Shown: positions 21,694 to 32,109, counted from the first letter of the stretch. The stretch: 64,000 nt of DNA from Alphaproteobacteria bacterium (GCA_965227515.1 CBDDFZ010000001.1:1344001-1408000), one strand, 5' to 3'. Notes: generated by a model not told the origin, from the letters alone. Numbers and translations are program-made.

Positions 21694-23340
21694 TCAGTCG
21701 ATCTGCGCTTCCAGGGTTTCAAGGCGGTCGGCCTCGGCCGCCGGTTTGTCCCAGCGGATGCGGTGGACGCGCGGGAAGCGCATGGCGACGCCCGACTTGT
21801 GGCGGTTGGAGCGCTGCACCGCGTCGAACGCCACCTCCAGCACCAGGGACTGGGTCACCTCGCGTACCGGGCCGAAGCGGTTGGTGGTGTTGTTGCGCAC
21901 GAAGCGGTCGAGCTGGCCGAGTTCCTCGTCGGTGAAGCCGAAATAGGCCTTGCCCACCGGCACCAGTTCGTCGGTGCCGTCCTGGGTCTCGCGCCAGCAG
22001 CCGAAGGTGAAGTCGGAGTAGAAAGACGAGCGCTTGCCGTGGCCGCGCTGGGCGTACATCAGCACGGTATCGACCAGCAGCGGGTCGCGCTTCCACTTGA
22101 ACCACGGCCCTTTCGGCCGGCCGGCGAGATAGGGCGCGTCGCGGCGTTTGAGCATCAGGCCCTCGATGCCGGCCTCCCGCGCGCCGTCGCGGATCGTGGC
22201 CAGCCCGGCCCAGTCGTCGAACGCCACCAGGTCGGAGAGGTCGAAACGCGGCCACGGGCGCCGCTCCAGCCAAGCCGCCAGCCGGGCGCGGCGGTCCACC
22301 AGCGGCAGGGCGCGGATGTCCTCCGGCCCGTCGAACAGCATGTCGTAGAGGCGCACGAAGGCCGGTGCGTCGCGCAGCATCTTCGCGGTCACCGTCTTGC
22401 GGTTCAGCCGCTGCTGCAGGTCGTTGAACGAGCCCACGTGCCAGCCCTCGTCCTGGTCGAAGCGGCCGACCAGCAGTTCGCCGTCGACGACCACGTCCTC
22501 GTCCAAGGTGTCGGTGACGTCGGGGAAGGCGGTCGAGATATCGTCGCCGGTGCGCGAGTAGAGCCGCGCCGCGCCGCCGCGCCGGGCAAGCTGCACCCGG
22601 ATGCCGTCCCACTTCCATTCGGCGAGGTAGTCTGCCGGGTCGAGCTTCGGCAGGTCGGCCTCCACATCGATGGGATTGGCCAGCATCAGCGGCCGGAACA
22701 CGTCGGTCTGCGAGATGTCGGGGCGGTCGGTGTCGCCAGCCAGCCAGTCGAACACGTCGCGGTAGGGCGGCGCGAAGGCGTGCCACACTTCCTCCACGGT
22801 ATCGGCGGACTGGCCGAATGCTTGGCCCAGCGCGGTCTTGGCGAGCCGTGCCGACACGCCGATGCGCAGCGCGCCGGTGATCAGCTTCAACAGCGCCCAG
22901 CGGCCGGTGGCGTCCATGCCGTCCAGCCAGCCGGCGACGATATCGGGCACCTCGCCACGCTTGGCCATGGACAGGGTGTCGACCACGTGGGTCAGCGAAG
23001 GCGCCAGCCGTTCCGGCGGCATGTCCGGATCGGTGCCGCCGACCGCCGCGCGGTTGCCGTCGGGCCAGATCAGGGCGGCGGTCTCGGCCAGGTCGCCGAC
23101 GAAATCGTACGACCAGCCGAACAGCACCGGGTCGACGCGTGCGTTCACCAGGTCCCGGATCATCGCCGGCTTGGCCTGCTTGATGCTGAGCGCGCCGGTG
23201 AAGGCGGCCATCGCCCAGCCGCGGTCGGCGCGCAGTGCCGGGTCGCGCGCCTCGCCCAGATAATCGGCCAGCAGCGCGAGCTTGGCATTGCGCGATGCGG
23301 TGTAGGACAGGGCGTCCAGCAGGTCGGCGAACGGCTTCAT
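21694..23340 (-). CDS. ATP-dependent DNA ligase (DNA damage response type)
   Basis: EWKWDGIR, DGEL, EGLMLK, WFKWK, RFPR. Confidence 0.95.
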   Translation of the reverse strand: MKPFADLLDALSYTASRNAKLALLADYLGEARDPALRADRGWAMAAFTGALSIKQAKPAMIRDLVNARVDPVLFGWSYDFVGDLAETAALIWPDGNRAAVGGTDPDMPPERLAPSLTHVVDTLSMAKRGEVPDIVAGWLDGMDATGRWALLKLITGALRIGVSARLAKTALGQAFGQSADTVEEVWHAFAPPYRDVFDWLAGDTDRPDISQTDVFRPLMLANPIDVEADLPKLDPADYLAEWKWDGIRVQLARRGGAARLYSRTGDDISTAFPDVTDTLDEDVVVDGELLVGRFDQDEGWHVGSFNDLQQRLNRKTVTAKMLRDAPAFVRLYDMLFDGPEDIRALPLVDRRARLAAWLERRPWPRFDLSDLVAFDDWAGLATIRDGAREAGIEGLMLKRRDAPYLAGRPKGPWFKWKRDPLLVDTVLMYAQRGHGKRSSFYSDFTFGCWRETQDGTDELVPVGKAYFGFTDEELGQLDRFVRNNTTNRFGPVREVTQSLVLEVAFDAVQRSNRHKSGVAMRFPRVHRIRWDKPAAEADRLETLEAQID

Positions 23341-23405
23341 GCCGAACAGGTGGCCGCAGCCCTGCCCGCGGTCAACAGTTTGGTGCAGTCAATCGCGTGA
23401 GGGGA

Positions 23406-23735
23406 TCAGCTGGTGAACTGGCAGCGTTCCCAGATCTCGCCCTCGTTGTCGGTGCTGTCGACGTGCACGCGGATCGTCTGCTCGTTCAGCTGAAACATCA
23501 GGATGCGCTCGCCCGCGACCGGTTCGCCGTCTGGAATGTCATAGGCGAAAGCATGCCGGGTGTAGTCGCCGGTCAGGGTCAGCCCCGTCGGGGTCACGAT
23601 CTCCGGCCCACGGATCGACATCCGCTGCTCGCCGTTGCACCAGTTGCCATCGATGGCATCGGCCAGGGCCGTGCCGGTGGTCAGTGCGAAGGCCGCCGCC
23701 ACAACCGCGGCCCCCAGTAGCGCGTGCCGTTTCAT
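23406..23735 (-). CDS. Small secreted hypothetical protein
   Basis: Signal peptide MKRHALL...ALA, IDGNWC...WERC; GGGAGG RBS. Confidence 0.75.
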   Translation of the reverse strand: MKRHALLGAAVVAAAFALTTGTALADAIDGNWCNGEQRMSIRGPEIVTPTGLTLTGDYTRHAFAYDIPDGEPVAGERILMFQLNEQTIRVHVDSTDNEGEIWERCQFTS

Positions 23736-23776
23736 TGCCTGCCTCCCTGCCGGTTGGATCATCTTTCGCTTACACT

Positions 23777-23869
23777 GAATCGGTGCCGGCCCGCACCCCC
23801 ACCCGGCCACCCAGACAGGATACTATCGTTGGGCGGTCGGGTGGGGGGGTGCGGGCTGGTGCCGACTTC
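23777..23869 (-). repeat. Family B ~90-bp palindromic repeat
   Basis: Reverse complement closely matches 60100-60188 and 54946-55072. Confidence 0.8.
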
Positions 23870-23950
23870 GCGTACGCGACAAGCAAACAAGCCCAGCAAT
23901 ACAGCCGAACGGGCCGGCAGGGAAATCACAGGCTGGCTATGTGCGCGGGC

Positions 23951-24343
23951 TCAGCTCTCGCGCGGTGCATAGGTCATCAGGCTGACCGCGGCACCGCCCG
24001 GGTCGGCAATCGTCGCCATGCGGCCGACGCCGGGAATGTCGAAGGCCGGCACGATCACGGTGCCGCCTGCCGCCTGGGCCTTGGCCACCCGGTCGTCGAC
24101 ATTGTCGACGGTGACATAACCCATCCAATGGTCGGGGACCCCGGCCATCTCCGGCGTCTTCGGCATGATGCCGCCGACCGGCGTGTCGCCCACCTTCAGC
24201 ACGGTGTAGGTGAAGGCCTGCATGTCCATGTCCTCGGCCGTCCAGCCGATCACGTCGGTGTAGAACGCCTTCACCTTGTCGGCGTCGCTGGTGCGCAGTT
24301 CGGCCCAACTGAAAGCGCCATGGGTCTGAAACGGATCACTCAT
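23951..24343 (-). CDS. VOC/glyoxalase family protein
   Basis: FSWAEL, FYTDVIGW, WMGYVTV, ADPGGA. Confidence 0.9.
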   Translation of the reverse strand: MSDPFQTHGAFSWAELRTSDADKVKAFYTDVIGWTAEDMDMQAFTYTVLKVGDTPVGGIMPKTPEMAGVPDHWMGYVTVDNVDDRVAKAQAAGGTVIVPAFDIPGVGRMATIADPGGAAVSLMTYAPRES

Positions 24344-24479
24344 TGGTATTGCTCCCTGTTAATCTGCTTGATGGTGAAAGCGCACAGTAAGCGATTGCTT
24401 ACATACGTGCGACCGAATACTAGCCCATCGGCGATGACGTTTCGGTGACGCGCCGCGCCGGGGGATGCGGGAGGAAGAC

Positions 24480-24818
24480 ATGAGCGTGAGCGACTGGCTG
24501 GTCGGCATGGACGACATCATGGCGCGGCTGGAAGCGGACCCGGAGAACAGCCGCGTGCACTATCCGATCCGCCACGGCAGCATGCGGGTCGGCATCTACG
24601 CGCCGCGCGGCGAGGACCCGCAAAGCCCCCACACCCAGGACGAGCTCTACATCGTGGCCAGCGGCACCGGCGTGTTCATGCGCGACGGCGAGCGCCGGCC
24701 GTTCAAGCCGGGCGACCTGATCTTCGTGCCCGCCGCCGCCGAGCACAGGTTCGAGGACTTCAGTGACGACTTCTCGGCCTGGGTCGTGTTCTGGGGACCG
24801 CATGGCGGCGAGCGATAG
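24480..24818 (+). CDS. Cupin domain protein
   Basis: QSPHTQDELY, GDLIFVPA..EHRF. Confidence 0.88.
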   Translation: MSVSDWLVGMDDIMARLEADPENSRVHYPIRHGSMRVGIYAPRGEDPQSPHTQDELYIVASGTGVFMRDGERRPFKPGDLIFVPAAAEHRFEDFSDDFSAWVVFWGPHGGER

Positions 24819-24920
24819 CGGCAAGGTCTCTCCCCATACGACAATTGGCCCGAATTTCGCATTTGTTTGGCTTCGGAATTGCTGACACTCTTGTGCCGGG
24901 AAACAGGGGGAGCCGGGCGC

Positions 24921-26180
24921 ATGCTCGACACGATCATCAGGGGCTGCAATCTGCAGGACGGGCGCACGGGCATCGACATCGGCGTGAAGGATGGCGCGAT
25001 TGCCGAGGTCGGCCACGCCCTTGACGCCGAGGCCAATGAGGAGATCGATGCCACCGGCCGGCTGGTGGTGCCGCCCTTCGTCGACTGCCACTTGCATCTC
25101 GATGCGGTGCTGACCCACGGCAACCCGCGCATCAACGAGAGTGGCGAGCTTTACGAGGGCATCGACCTGTGGGCCGACCTGAAGGCGACCCTGACGCCCG
25201 ACGACTACAAGCGCCGCGCCATCGACTACTGCCACTGGGCCATCGCCCAGGGCACGCTGGCGATCCGCGCCCACGTCGATACGTGCGATCCCCGGCTGGC
25301 GCAGGTGGAGGCACTGATCGAGGCGCGCGACGAGATGCGCCCGTACATCGACCTCCAGCTCGTCGCCTTTCCGCAGGACGGCTACTACCGTTACGAGGGC
25401 GGGGTGGAGCTGTTGCGCCGGGCCATCGACATGGGCCTGGACGCGGTCGGCGGCATCCCCGACTTCGAGCTGACGGCGGGGCTGGGCAACGAGTCCGTGC
25501 GCGAACTGGCGGAACTGGCGGTCGACAAGGGCCTGCTGGTGGACATGCACACCGACCAGACGCTGGACCCGCAATCGCGCCAGATCGAGGCGCTGACCTG
25601 GGAGACCAAGCGGCTGAAGCTGGGGTCGCGGGCCAGCGCCAGCCATTGCACGTCGCTGACCACGTTCCACGACAACTACGCGATGAAGCTGATCGCGCAG
25701 ATCGCCGACGCCGGCCTCAACGTGATCGTCAGCCCGATGACCAGCGCCACCTGCCTGAAAACCATGACCCGCGTCTCCGAGCTGTGGGATGCCGGGGTTA
25801 ACATCGGCTTCGGCCAGGACTGCGTGATGGACCCGTGGTACGCTTTCGGCATGGAGGACATGCTGGATGTGGCCCACATGGCGATCCACTTCGGCCGCCT
25901 GCTCAGCGAGCAGCGCAAGGCGCAGGTGTTCAACGGCATCACCTATGGCGGGGCGCACGCCCTCAGCCTGGAGCGCTACGGCCTGGAGCCGGGTTGCCGC
26001 GCCGACATGATCCTGCTGCAGGCCTCCACCCCGATGGAGGCGGTGCGTACCAAGGCGGCGCGGCTGAAGGTGATCCGCGGAGGCCAGACCATCGCCGAGA
26101 CCGCGCCGCGCCAGTCGACGGTGACCCTTGGCAATACCAGCCGCACCGTCGATTTCTCGGCCGAGAGCGTGCGCCATTGA
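24921..26180 (+). CDS. Cytosine deaminase-like amidohydrolase (divergent paralogue)
   Basis: DCHLHLD, AFPQDG, HTDQ, SHC, GQDCVMDPWY. Confidence 0.88.
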   Translation: MLDTIIRGCNLQDGRTGIDIGVKDGAIAEVGHALDAEANEEIDATGRLVVPPFVDCHLHLDAVLTHGNPRINESGELYEGIDLWADLKATLTPDDYKRRAIDYCHWAIAQGTLAIRAHVDTCDPRLAQVEALIEARDEMRPYIDLQLVAFPQDGYYRYEGGVELLRRAIDMGLDAVGGIPDFELTAGLGNESVRELAELAVDKGLLVDMHTDQTLDPQSRQIEALTWETKRLKLGSRASASHCTSLTTFHDNYAMKLIAQIADAGLNVIVSPMTSATCLKTMTRVSELWDAGVNIGFGQDCVMDPWYAFGMEDMLDVAHMAIHFGRLLSEQRKAQVFNGITYGGAHALSLERYGLEPGCRADMILLQASTPMEAVRTKAARLKVIRGGQTIAETAPRQSTVTLGNTSRTVDFSAESVRH

Positions 26181-26262
26181 CCTGACGCTGCCGACTGGCG
26201 GCCCACCCCACAACGATTTCGAACCACACAAAGCCCGAACCACACAACGAGGGAGTTTGGTA

Positions 26263-27261
26263 ATGACAATGCGTTGGATGCTGACCGCCGCGACGGCGAC
26301 CGCGACCGCCGCGATGCTGGCCGCGTCGGCGGCAAGTGCCCAGGAACCGACCAGGGTTGCCGCGATCTACACCGTGCCGGTCGAGCAGCAGTGGGTGAGC
26401 CGCATCCACAAGGCGATGCTGGCCGCCCAGGAGCGTGGCGACATCACCTATGAGTGGGCGGAGAACGTCGCCCAGACCGACAACGACCGCGTGGTGCGCG
26501 AATATGCCGAGTCAGGCGTCGACCTGATCGTTGGCGAGGCGTTCTCTTGGGAGCGCGCCGCCCGCGACGTCGCTGCCGAGTATCCGGAGATCGCCTTCCT
26601 GATGGGCTCCAGCTTCGGCCCCAGCGGCGAGAACTTCGCGGTGTTCGACAACTGGATCCATGAGCCGTCGTACCTGACCGGCATTCTGGCCGGCACCCTG
26701 ACCGAGTCCAACAAGATCGGCATGGTCGGCGGCTACCCGATCCCCGAGGTGAACCGGCTGATGCACGCGTTCCTGGACGGCGCCTGCTCGGTGAACCCGG
26801 ACATCGAGTACGTGGTCACCTTCATCGGCAGCTGGTACGACCCGCCGAAGGCCAAGGAAGCGGCATTCGCGATGATCGATGCCGGCGCCGACCTGATGTA
26901 TGCCGAGCGTTACGGCGTGTCGGATGCCGCACAGGAGCGCGGCGTGCTCGCCATCGGCAACGTCATCGACACCGAGGCGGAATACCCCGGCACGGTGGCG
27001 GCCAGCGCCATCTGGCACTTCGAGCCGACCGCCGACCAGGCGATCGAGGCGGTTGCCGCCGACGTGTTCGAGGCCGCCGACTACGGCCAGTTCAGCTTCA
27101 TGGCCTATGGTGGCGGTTCGGTCGTCTATGACGAGGAGCTGGTGCCGGCCGACGCGGCGGAAGCGATGCAGGCGATCGAGGCCGACATCAACGCCGGCAT
27201 GTTCCGCGTCAACGTCAACGACAGCGAGCCGAAGTCGGGCACGTGCGCCGACCGCGGCTAG
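26263..27261 (+). CDS. BMP-family ABC substrate-binding protein (nucleobase/nucleoside)
   Basis: Signal peptide, KIGMVGGYPIPEV, WYDPPKAKEAA. Confidence 0.9.
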   Translation: MTMRWMLTAATATATAAMLAASAASAQEPTRVAAIYTVPVEQQWVSRIHKAMLAAQERGDITYEWAENVAQTDNDRVVREYAESGVDLIVGEAFSWERAARDVAAEYPEIAFLMGSSFGPSGENFAVFDNWIHEPSYLTGILAGTLTESNKIGMVGGYPIPEVNRLMHAFLDGACSVNPDIEYVVTFIGSWYDPPKAKEAAFAMIDAGADLMYAERYGVSDAAQERGVLAIGNVIDTEAEYPGTVAASAIWHFEPTADQAIEAVAADVFEAADYGQFSFMAYGGGSVVYDEELVPADAAEAMQAIEADINAGMFRVNVNDSEPKSGTCADRG

Positions 27262-27315
27262 TTCCGTTGCGGGGCGGCACCATGCCGCCCCGTCCGTCGA
27301 ACCGCATATACAATT

Positions 27316-27451
27316 GTCATCCTTGGCCGGCGCACCTTGAACTTGTTCGGGGCGCCGCGCCGAGGATCCATTTTCGATATCGCGCGATGCTGACCATGGG
27401 TCCTCGACGCGCCGCCCTGGGCAAGCCCGGTGGGCGGCGGTCAAGGACGAC
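27316..27451. repeat. Family A REP doublet with expanded loops
   Basis: GTCATCCTTGGC...GCCGAGGATCCAT and ATGGGTCCTCGAC...GTCAAGGACGAC. Confidence 0.75.
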
Positions 27452-27484
27452 AGAAGTCTTATCACTTCATTCGCCTGCTAGCCG

Positions 27485-29053
27485 ATGACCTCCAATCCGC
27501 CCAACCACACCGTCCTGTCGATCCGCGGGGTGACCAAGCGGTTCGGCGACCTTGTGGCCAACGAGGCCATCGACCTGGAGCTGGAGGCGGGCGAGATCCT
27601 GGCCCTGCTCGGCGAGAACGGCGCCGGCAAGACCACGCTGATGAACATCCTGTTCGGCCACTATGTCGCCGACGAGGGGCACATCGAGGTCGCCGACGAG
27701 GCGGGGCATCTGCGCCCGCTGCGCCCCGGCTCGCCGCAGGCGGCGCTGGCGGCCGGCATCGGCATGGTGCACCAGCACTTCACCCTGGCCGAGAACCTGA
27801 CCGCGCTCGACAATATCGTGCTCGGCACCGAACCGATGTGGCGGCCGTTCCAGCGCAAGCGCGCCGCCATCGCGCACCTGAAGGCGCTGATGGCACGCGC
27901 CGGGCTGAGCGTCGACCTGGAGGTCCCGGTGGCGCGCCTCTCGGTGGGCGAGCGCCAGCGGGTGGAGATCCTGAAGGCGCTCTATCGCGGCGCGCGCGTG
28001 CTGATCCTGGACGAGCCGACGGCGGTGCTGACGCCGCAGGAAAGCGACCAGTTGTTCGAGGTGCTGCGCCGGCTTGCCGCCGACGGCCTTGCCGTCGTCT
28101 TCATCTCCCACAAACTCGCCGAAGTGGTCGCGATCAGCCGCCGAGTGGTGGTGATGCGCGCCGGCCGCCTGGTCGCCACCACCGACACCGCCACCAGCGG
28201 CCCGGCCGAGCTTGCCGCCCTGATGGTCGGGCGCGAGGTCAGCCCGCCGAAGCGCGAGCCGCAGCCGGCCGGCGCGCACCTGCTGCGGATGTCGGCGGTA
28301 ACGGTGATCCGGCCGGACGGGCGCACCGGCCTCGACGCGGTCGACCTGGACGTGCGCCACGGCGAGATCGTCGGCATCGCCGGCGTCTCCGGCAACGGCC
28401 AGACCGCGCTGTCGGACGTGGTGGCCGGGCTGGCGGCCCCGCGATCCGGTCGGATCGAGATCGATGACGCAGACTACCCCGTGCTCAAGCCGCGCGCGCT
28501 GTTGGACGCAAGCGTCGGCCGGGTGCCGGAGGATCGCCACCACGACGCCGTGGTCGGCGACATGGCGGTGTGGGAGAACGCGATCCTGGAGGAGCACGCG
28601 ACGCCCCGTTTTGCCCGGCGCGGTTTCATCGCCCGTGGGGAGGCCATGAGCCACACGCGGCGCATCATCGAAGGTTACGACGTGCGCGGGCGTGGGCCGC
28701 ACACCCGCACCCGCCTGCTTTCCGGCGGCAACATGCAGAAACTCGTCCTGGGCCGGGTGATGGAGCGCTCGCCGTCGCTGATCCTGGCCAACCAGCCGAC
28801 GCGCGGGCTTGATGTCGGCGCGGTCAGCTACGTCCACGGCCAGTTGCTGGCGGCGCGGGGCCGGGGTGCCGGCGTGCTGCTGATCTCCGAGGATCTGGAC
28901 GAGCTGTTCGCGCTCGCCGACCGCATCGCCGTCATCTACGCCGGGCGCCTGTCGCCGCCTGAGCCGACGGAGGAACTGGACCGCGAGCGGGTCGGCCTGA
29001 TGATGGCGGGCCACGCTTCCGATACCGATTCGGGAGCACACCATGCGGCTTGA
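27485..29053 (+). CDS. ABC transporter ATP-binding protein (CUT2 type, double ATPase)
   Basis: GENGAGKT, LSVGERQR, LSGGNMQK, QPTRGLD. Confidence 0.95.
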   Translation: MTSNPPNHTVLSIRGVTKRFGDLVANEAIDLELEAGEILALLGENGAGKTTLMNILFGHYVADEGHIEVADEAGHLRPLRPGSPQAALAAGIGMVHQHFTLAENLTALDNIVLGTEPMWRPFQRKRAAIAHLKALMARAGLSVDLEVPVARLSVGERQRVEILKALYRGARVLILDEPTAVLTPQESDQLFEVLRRLAADGLAVVFISHKLAEVVAISRRVVVMRAGRLVATTDTATSGPAELAALMVGREVSPPKREPQPAGAHLLRMSAVTVIRPDGRTGLDAVDLDVRHGEIVGIAGVSGNGQTALSDVVAGLAAPRSGRIEIDDADYPVLKPRALLDASVGRVPEDRHHDAVVGDMAVWENAILEEHATPRFARRGFIARGEAMSHTRRIIEGYDVRGRGPHTRTRLLSGGNMQKLVLGRVMERSPSLILANQPTRGLDVGAVSYVHGQLLAARGRGAGVLLISEDLDELFALADRIAVIYAGRLSPPEPTEELDRERVGLMMAGHASDTDSGAHHAA

Positions 29054-30125
29054 GCCACGGGATTCGGTGCCGCTGTCGCTTTCCATCGGCGCGCCGATCT
29101 GTGCCGGTGTGGCGGCCCTCATCCTGTCGGCGATCCCGCTGCTGTGGGCGGAGGCGAGCATCGGCGAGGCCATCGGCCTGATGTTCGAGGGCGCGCTCGG
29201 CTCGCGGCTGGCGATCACCGAGACGCTGACCCGGGCGACCCCGCTGATCTTCACCGGGCTGGCCGCCGCCATCGCCTTCCGCGCCAAGCTGTGGAACATC
29301 GGCGCCGAGGGCCAGCTCTATATCGGGGCGCTGGCGGCGGTCGGCATCTCCATGTGGCTTGGGCCAGCGGACTCGTTCGCCTCGCCGGAGGGGCTTGCCG
29401 CCGAGCCGTGGCTGATGATCCCGCTGACCATGCTGGTGGGCGCGATCGCCGGCGCCGTCATGATGCTCGGCCCGACGCTGTTGAAGCTGTTCGCCGGCGT
29501 CGACGAGGTGGTCACCACGCTCTTGATGAACTTCATCATCCTGCTGTTCGTCGGCATGATGCTGGAAGGCGCGATGCAGGACCCGATGGGCATGGGCTGG
29601 CCGCAGACCCCGCCGGTCATGGAGTCCGCCGAGCTGCCGAAGCTGATCCCGCGCACCCGCCTGCACCTGGGCCTGGTGCTCGGCGTCATCGCGGCGTGTG
29701 TGCTGTGGGTGATGGTGCAGCGCTCGGTCTGGGGCTACCGGGTGCGCGCGGTCGGGCTGAACCCGCGCGCGGCGGCATTCGCCGGCATGCCGGTCACCCG
29801 GGTGATGCTGGGTGTCGGCGCGCTCTCCGGCGCGCTGGCCGGGCTCGCGGGCGTCAGCGAGGTCGCGGGCGTGAAGGGCTATGTCACCGAGGATCTGTCG
29901 CCCGGCTTCGGCTACAGCGGCATCGTCGTCGCCATGCTGGCGCAGCTCAATGCGCTCGGCGTCATCGCGGCGGCGATCTTCATCGCGGCGGTGTTCGTCG
30001 GCGCCGACTCCATGAGCCGCGCCATCGGTGTGTCCACCTATCTCGCCAACCTCGTCGTCGCGCTGTCGCTGCTGACGATGCTGCTGGCCGGGCTCGCGGT
30101 GCGCTACCGCATCCGCTGGCGGTAG
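29043..30125 (+). CDS. ABC transporter permease
   Basis: WNIGAEGQ, multiple TM helices, GYSGIVVAML. Confidence 0.93.
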   Translation: MRLEPRDSVPLSLSIGAPICAGVAALILSAIPLLWAEASIGEAIGLMFEGALGSRLAITETLTRATPLIFTGLAAAIAFRAKLWNIGAEGQLYIGALAAVGISMWLGPADSFASPEGLAAEPWLMIPLTMLVGAIAGAVMMLGPTLLKLFAGVDEVVTTLLMNFIILLFVGMMLEGAMQDPMGMGWPQTPPVMESAELPKLIPRTRLHLGLVLGVIAACVLWVMVQRSVWGYRVRAVGLNPRAAAFAGMPVTRVMLGVGALSGALAGLAGVSEVAGVKGYVTEDLSPGFGYSGIVVAMLAQLNALGVIAAAIFIAAVFVGADSMSRAIGVSTYLANLVVALSLLTMLLAGLAVRYRIRWR

Positions 30126-30135
30126 GTGCGGGACC

Positions 30136-31083
30136 ATGTTCGAGCAGGCCATCGAGATCTTGTGGACCGTGTCGTTCTGGGCGGCGGCGGTGCGCATCGC
30201 CACCCCGCTGATCTTCGGCACCCTGGGCGAGCTGATCTGCGAGCGCGCCGGCGTGCTGAACCTGGGCATCGAGGGTATTTTCACCGCCGGCGCCATGGTC
30301 GGCTGGCTCACCGTCTACCAAGGCGGCGGGCTGTGGGGCGGCGTCATCGCGGCCGCCGCCGTCGGCATGGTGTTCGGGCTGGTCCATGCGTCGCTGGTGG
30401 TGCCGCTGGGCCTGTCGCAGCATGTCTCCGGCATCGGCGTCACCCTGCTGGCGACCAGCCTGACCTATTTCACCTACCGCATGATCCTGCCCGATGTGGA
30501 CACCCCGCCGCGGATCGATCCGTTCCAGGAGCTGCCGATCCCGCTGTTGTCCGACATCCCGGTCATCGGCCCGGCGCTGTTCCAGCAGACCGCGCTCACC
30601 TACCTCGCGTTCATCTCGGTGGTGGTGGTCGCCTACGTGCTCTACCGCACGCCGCTGGGGCTCGCGGTGCGCACGGTGGGTGAGAACCCGGCCGCCGCCG
30701 AGGCCCAGGGTATCGACGTCTATCTGGTGCGCATGGGTGCGGTGATGGTGGGCAGCGCCTTCATGGCCATCGGCGGCGCGTTCCTCACCATGTCGGCGTT
30801 TAACGCGTTCTTCTTCGAGATGGTTGGCGGGCGCGGCTGGATATGCATCGCGCTGGTGGTGTTCGCGTCATGGAAGCCCGGCAAGGCGCTGCTCGGCGCA
30901 CTGCTGTTCGGCGCGTTCGATGCCTACCAGGTCCGCCTGCAGCAGATCGTCGGCGGCGACGTGCCCTACCAGCTCTTCCTGATGCTGCCCTACGTGCTGT
31001 CGATCCTGGCGCTGATCGTGATGTCGCGCCGCGCCGCCTACCCGCAGGCGCTGATGGTGCCGTACCGGAAGGGGGAGCGGTAG
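30136..31083 (+). CDS. ABC transporter permease
   Basis: ERAGVLNLGIEG, GENP.AA, GRGWICIALV. Confidence 0.93.
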   Translation: MFEQAIEILWTVSFWAAAVRIATPLIFGTLGELICERAGVLNLGIEGIFTAGAMVGWLTVYQGGGLWGGVIAAAAVGMVFGLVHASLVVPLGLSQHVSGIGVTLLATSLTYFTYRMILPDVDTPPRIDPFQELPIPLLSDIPVIGPALFQQTALTYLAFISVVVVAYVLYRTPLGLAVRTVGENPAAAEAQGIDVYLVRMGAVMVGSAFMAIGGAFLTMSAFNAFFFEMVGGRGWICIALVVFASWKPGKALLGALLFGAFDAYQVRLQQIVGGDVPYQLFLMLPYVLSILALIVMSRRAAYPQALMVPYRKGER

Positions 31084-31125
31084 TCTGCTGCCCAGACAAG
31101 GCGGCCAAGCCTGTTCCAAGACTCC

Positions 31126-31218
31126 GTCATGCTCGGGCTTGACCCGAGCATCCACGAGATGGCGGCAGCGCCGCCAAGAAGGAAGACGTGGATGCCCGCA
31201 ACAAGTGCGGGCATGACG
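31126..31218. repeat. Family A REP doublet
   Basis: GTCATGCTCGGGCTTGACCCGAGCATCCAC ... GTGGATGCCCGCAACAAGTGCGGGCATGAC. Confidence 0.85.
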
Positions 31219-31242
31219 AATAGGGAATTGGATGTCGACGAA

Positions 31243-32079
31243 CTACCGCTCGCCCACGCACACGATGTTGGGCACGTAGCGGTCGATGGCGGGACCGACG
31301 AACAGGTCAGTGTCGCGCAGGTAGAGGTGCGCGCTGGGCCCGCCGTCCAGGTTGATCGCGCGGTCGATCACCGCTCCATCCGGCAGGCGGAGGGCGGCAA
31401 GGAAGTCGGCGAAGTCCTTCAGCGACAGTGACGTGCGCTTTCCGGTGGGCAGGCCGAAGAGGATCGGCCCGGTGACCGCGATCAGCACGACGTCGCCCCG
31501 GTCGGTGATGGCGAACGCCACCCGGTCGTCGCGCGGGCCCTGGCTGACCAGCCCGTCGTTCTGGTTGTCGCGCACCAGGATCGGTTTGGACTGCACCGCC
31601 TCCTCGACGCCGTCGCGCGCATCGCCCTGCAGCTCATGCCAGTACAGAATCGAAGCGGCGCGTTCGCCGCCGACCACCAGCGCACCGCCGACCTGCCAGC
31701 CGACCCATGGCGCGGTCTCGGCGCCGGAGGCCATCGTCCAGCCCAACGGGTAGAACGCGCCGTCCTCGATGCCGAAATAGCCGCCGGTGATGGTCGCCGC
31801 CATGCCGCCGCACGGCCCATCCGCATAGAGCTGGCGGTTGTCCAGTGTCTCGGCGACGTGGACGACCCGCACGTCGAACACGTCGGCGGGGAAGGCGGCG
31901 ACGACGGCGGTCATCTCGACGCCTTGCAGCGGTGACGGCGCCGTCGATTCGCAAATGGTGGAACCGCCGCGGCCCGCCGCGCAGTCGAGATCGAGCAGCG
32001 GCGTCCACGGCGTCTCCTCGGCGAATGCGTGTGTCGCCAAACTCAATACCGCGACGACTGTGATTGCTCGAACCGTCAT
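31243..32079 (-). CDS. Secreted phosphodiester glycosidase (NAGPA)-like protein
   Basis: Signal peptide, ITGGYF, QSKPILV, RVAFA, AINLDGGPS. Confidence 0.75.
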   Translation of the reverse strand: MTVRAITVVAVLSLATHAFAEETPWTPLLDLDCAAGRGGSTICESTAPSPLQGVEMTAVVAAFPADVFDVRVVHVAETLDNRQLYADGPCGGMAATITGGYFGIEDGAFYPLGWTMASGAETAPWVGWQVGGALVVGGERAASILYWHELQGDARDGVEEAVQSKPILVRDNQNDGLVSQGPRDDRVAFAITDRGDVVLIAVTGPILFGLPTGKRTSLSLKDFADFLAALRLPDGAVIDRAINLDGGPSAHLYLRDTDLFVGPAIDRYVPNIVCVGER

Positions 32080-32109
32080 TTCAACTACCTCGCCATCACC
32101 CGACCATAC

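Noticed and set aside
26220-26248. CGAACCACACAA direct repeat upstream of the BMP gene
   Set aside because: Only two short copies with no supporting context.
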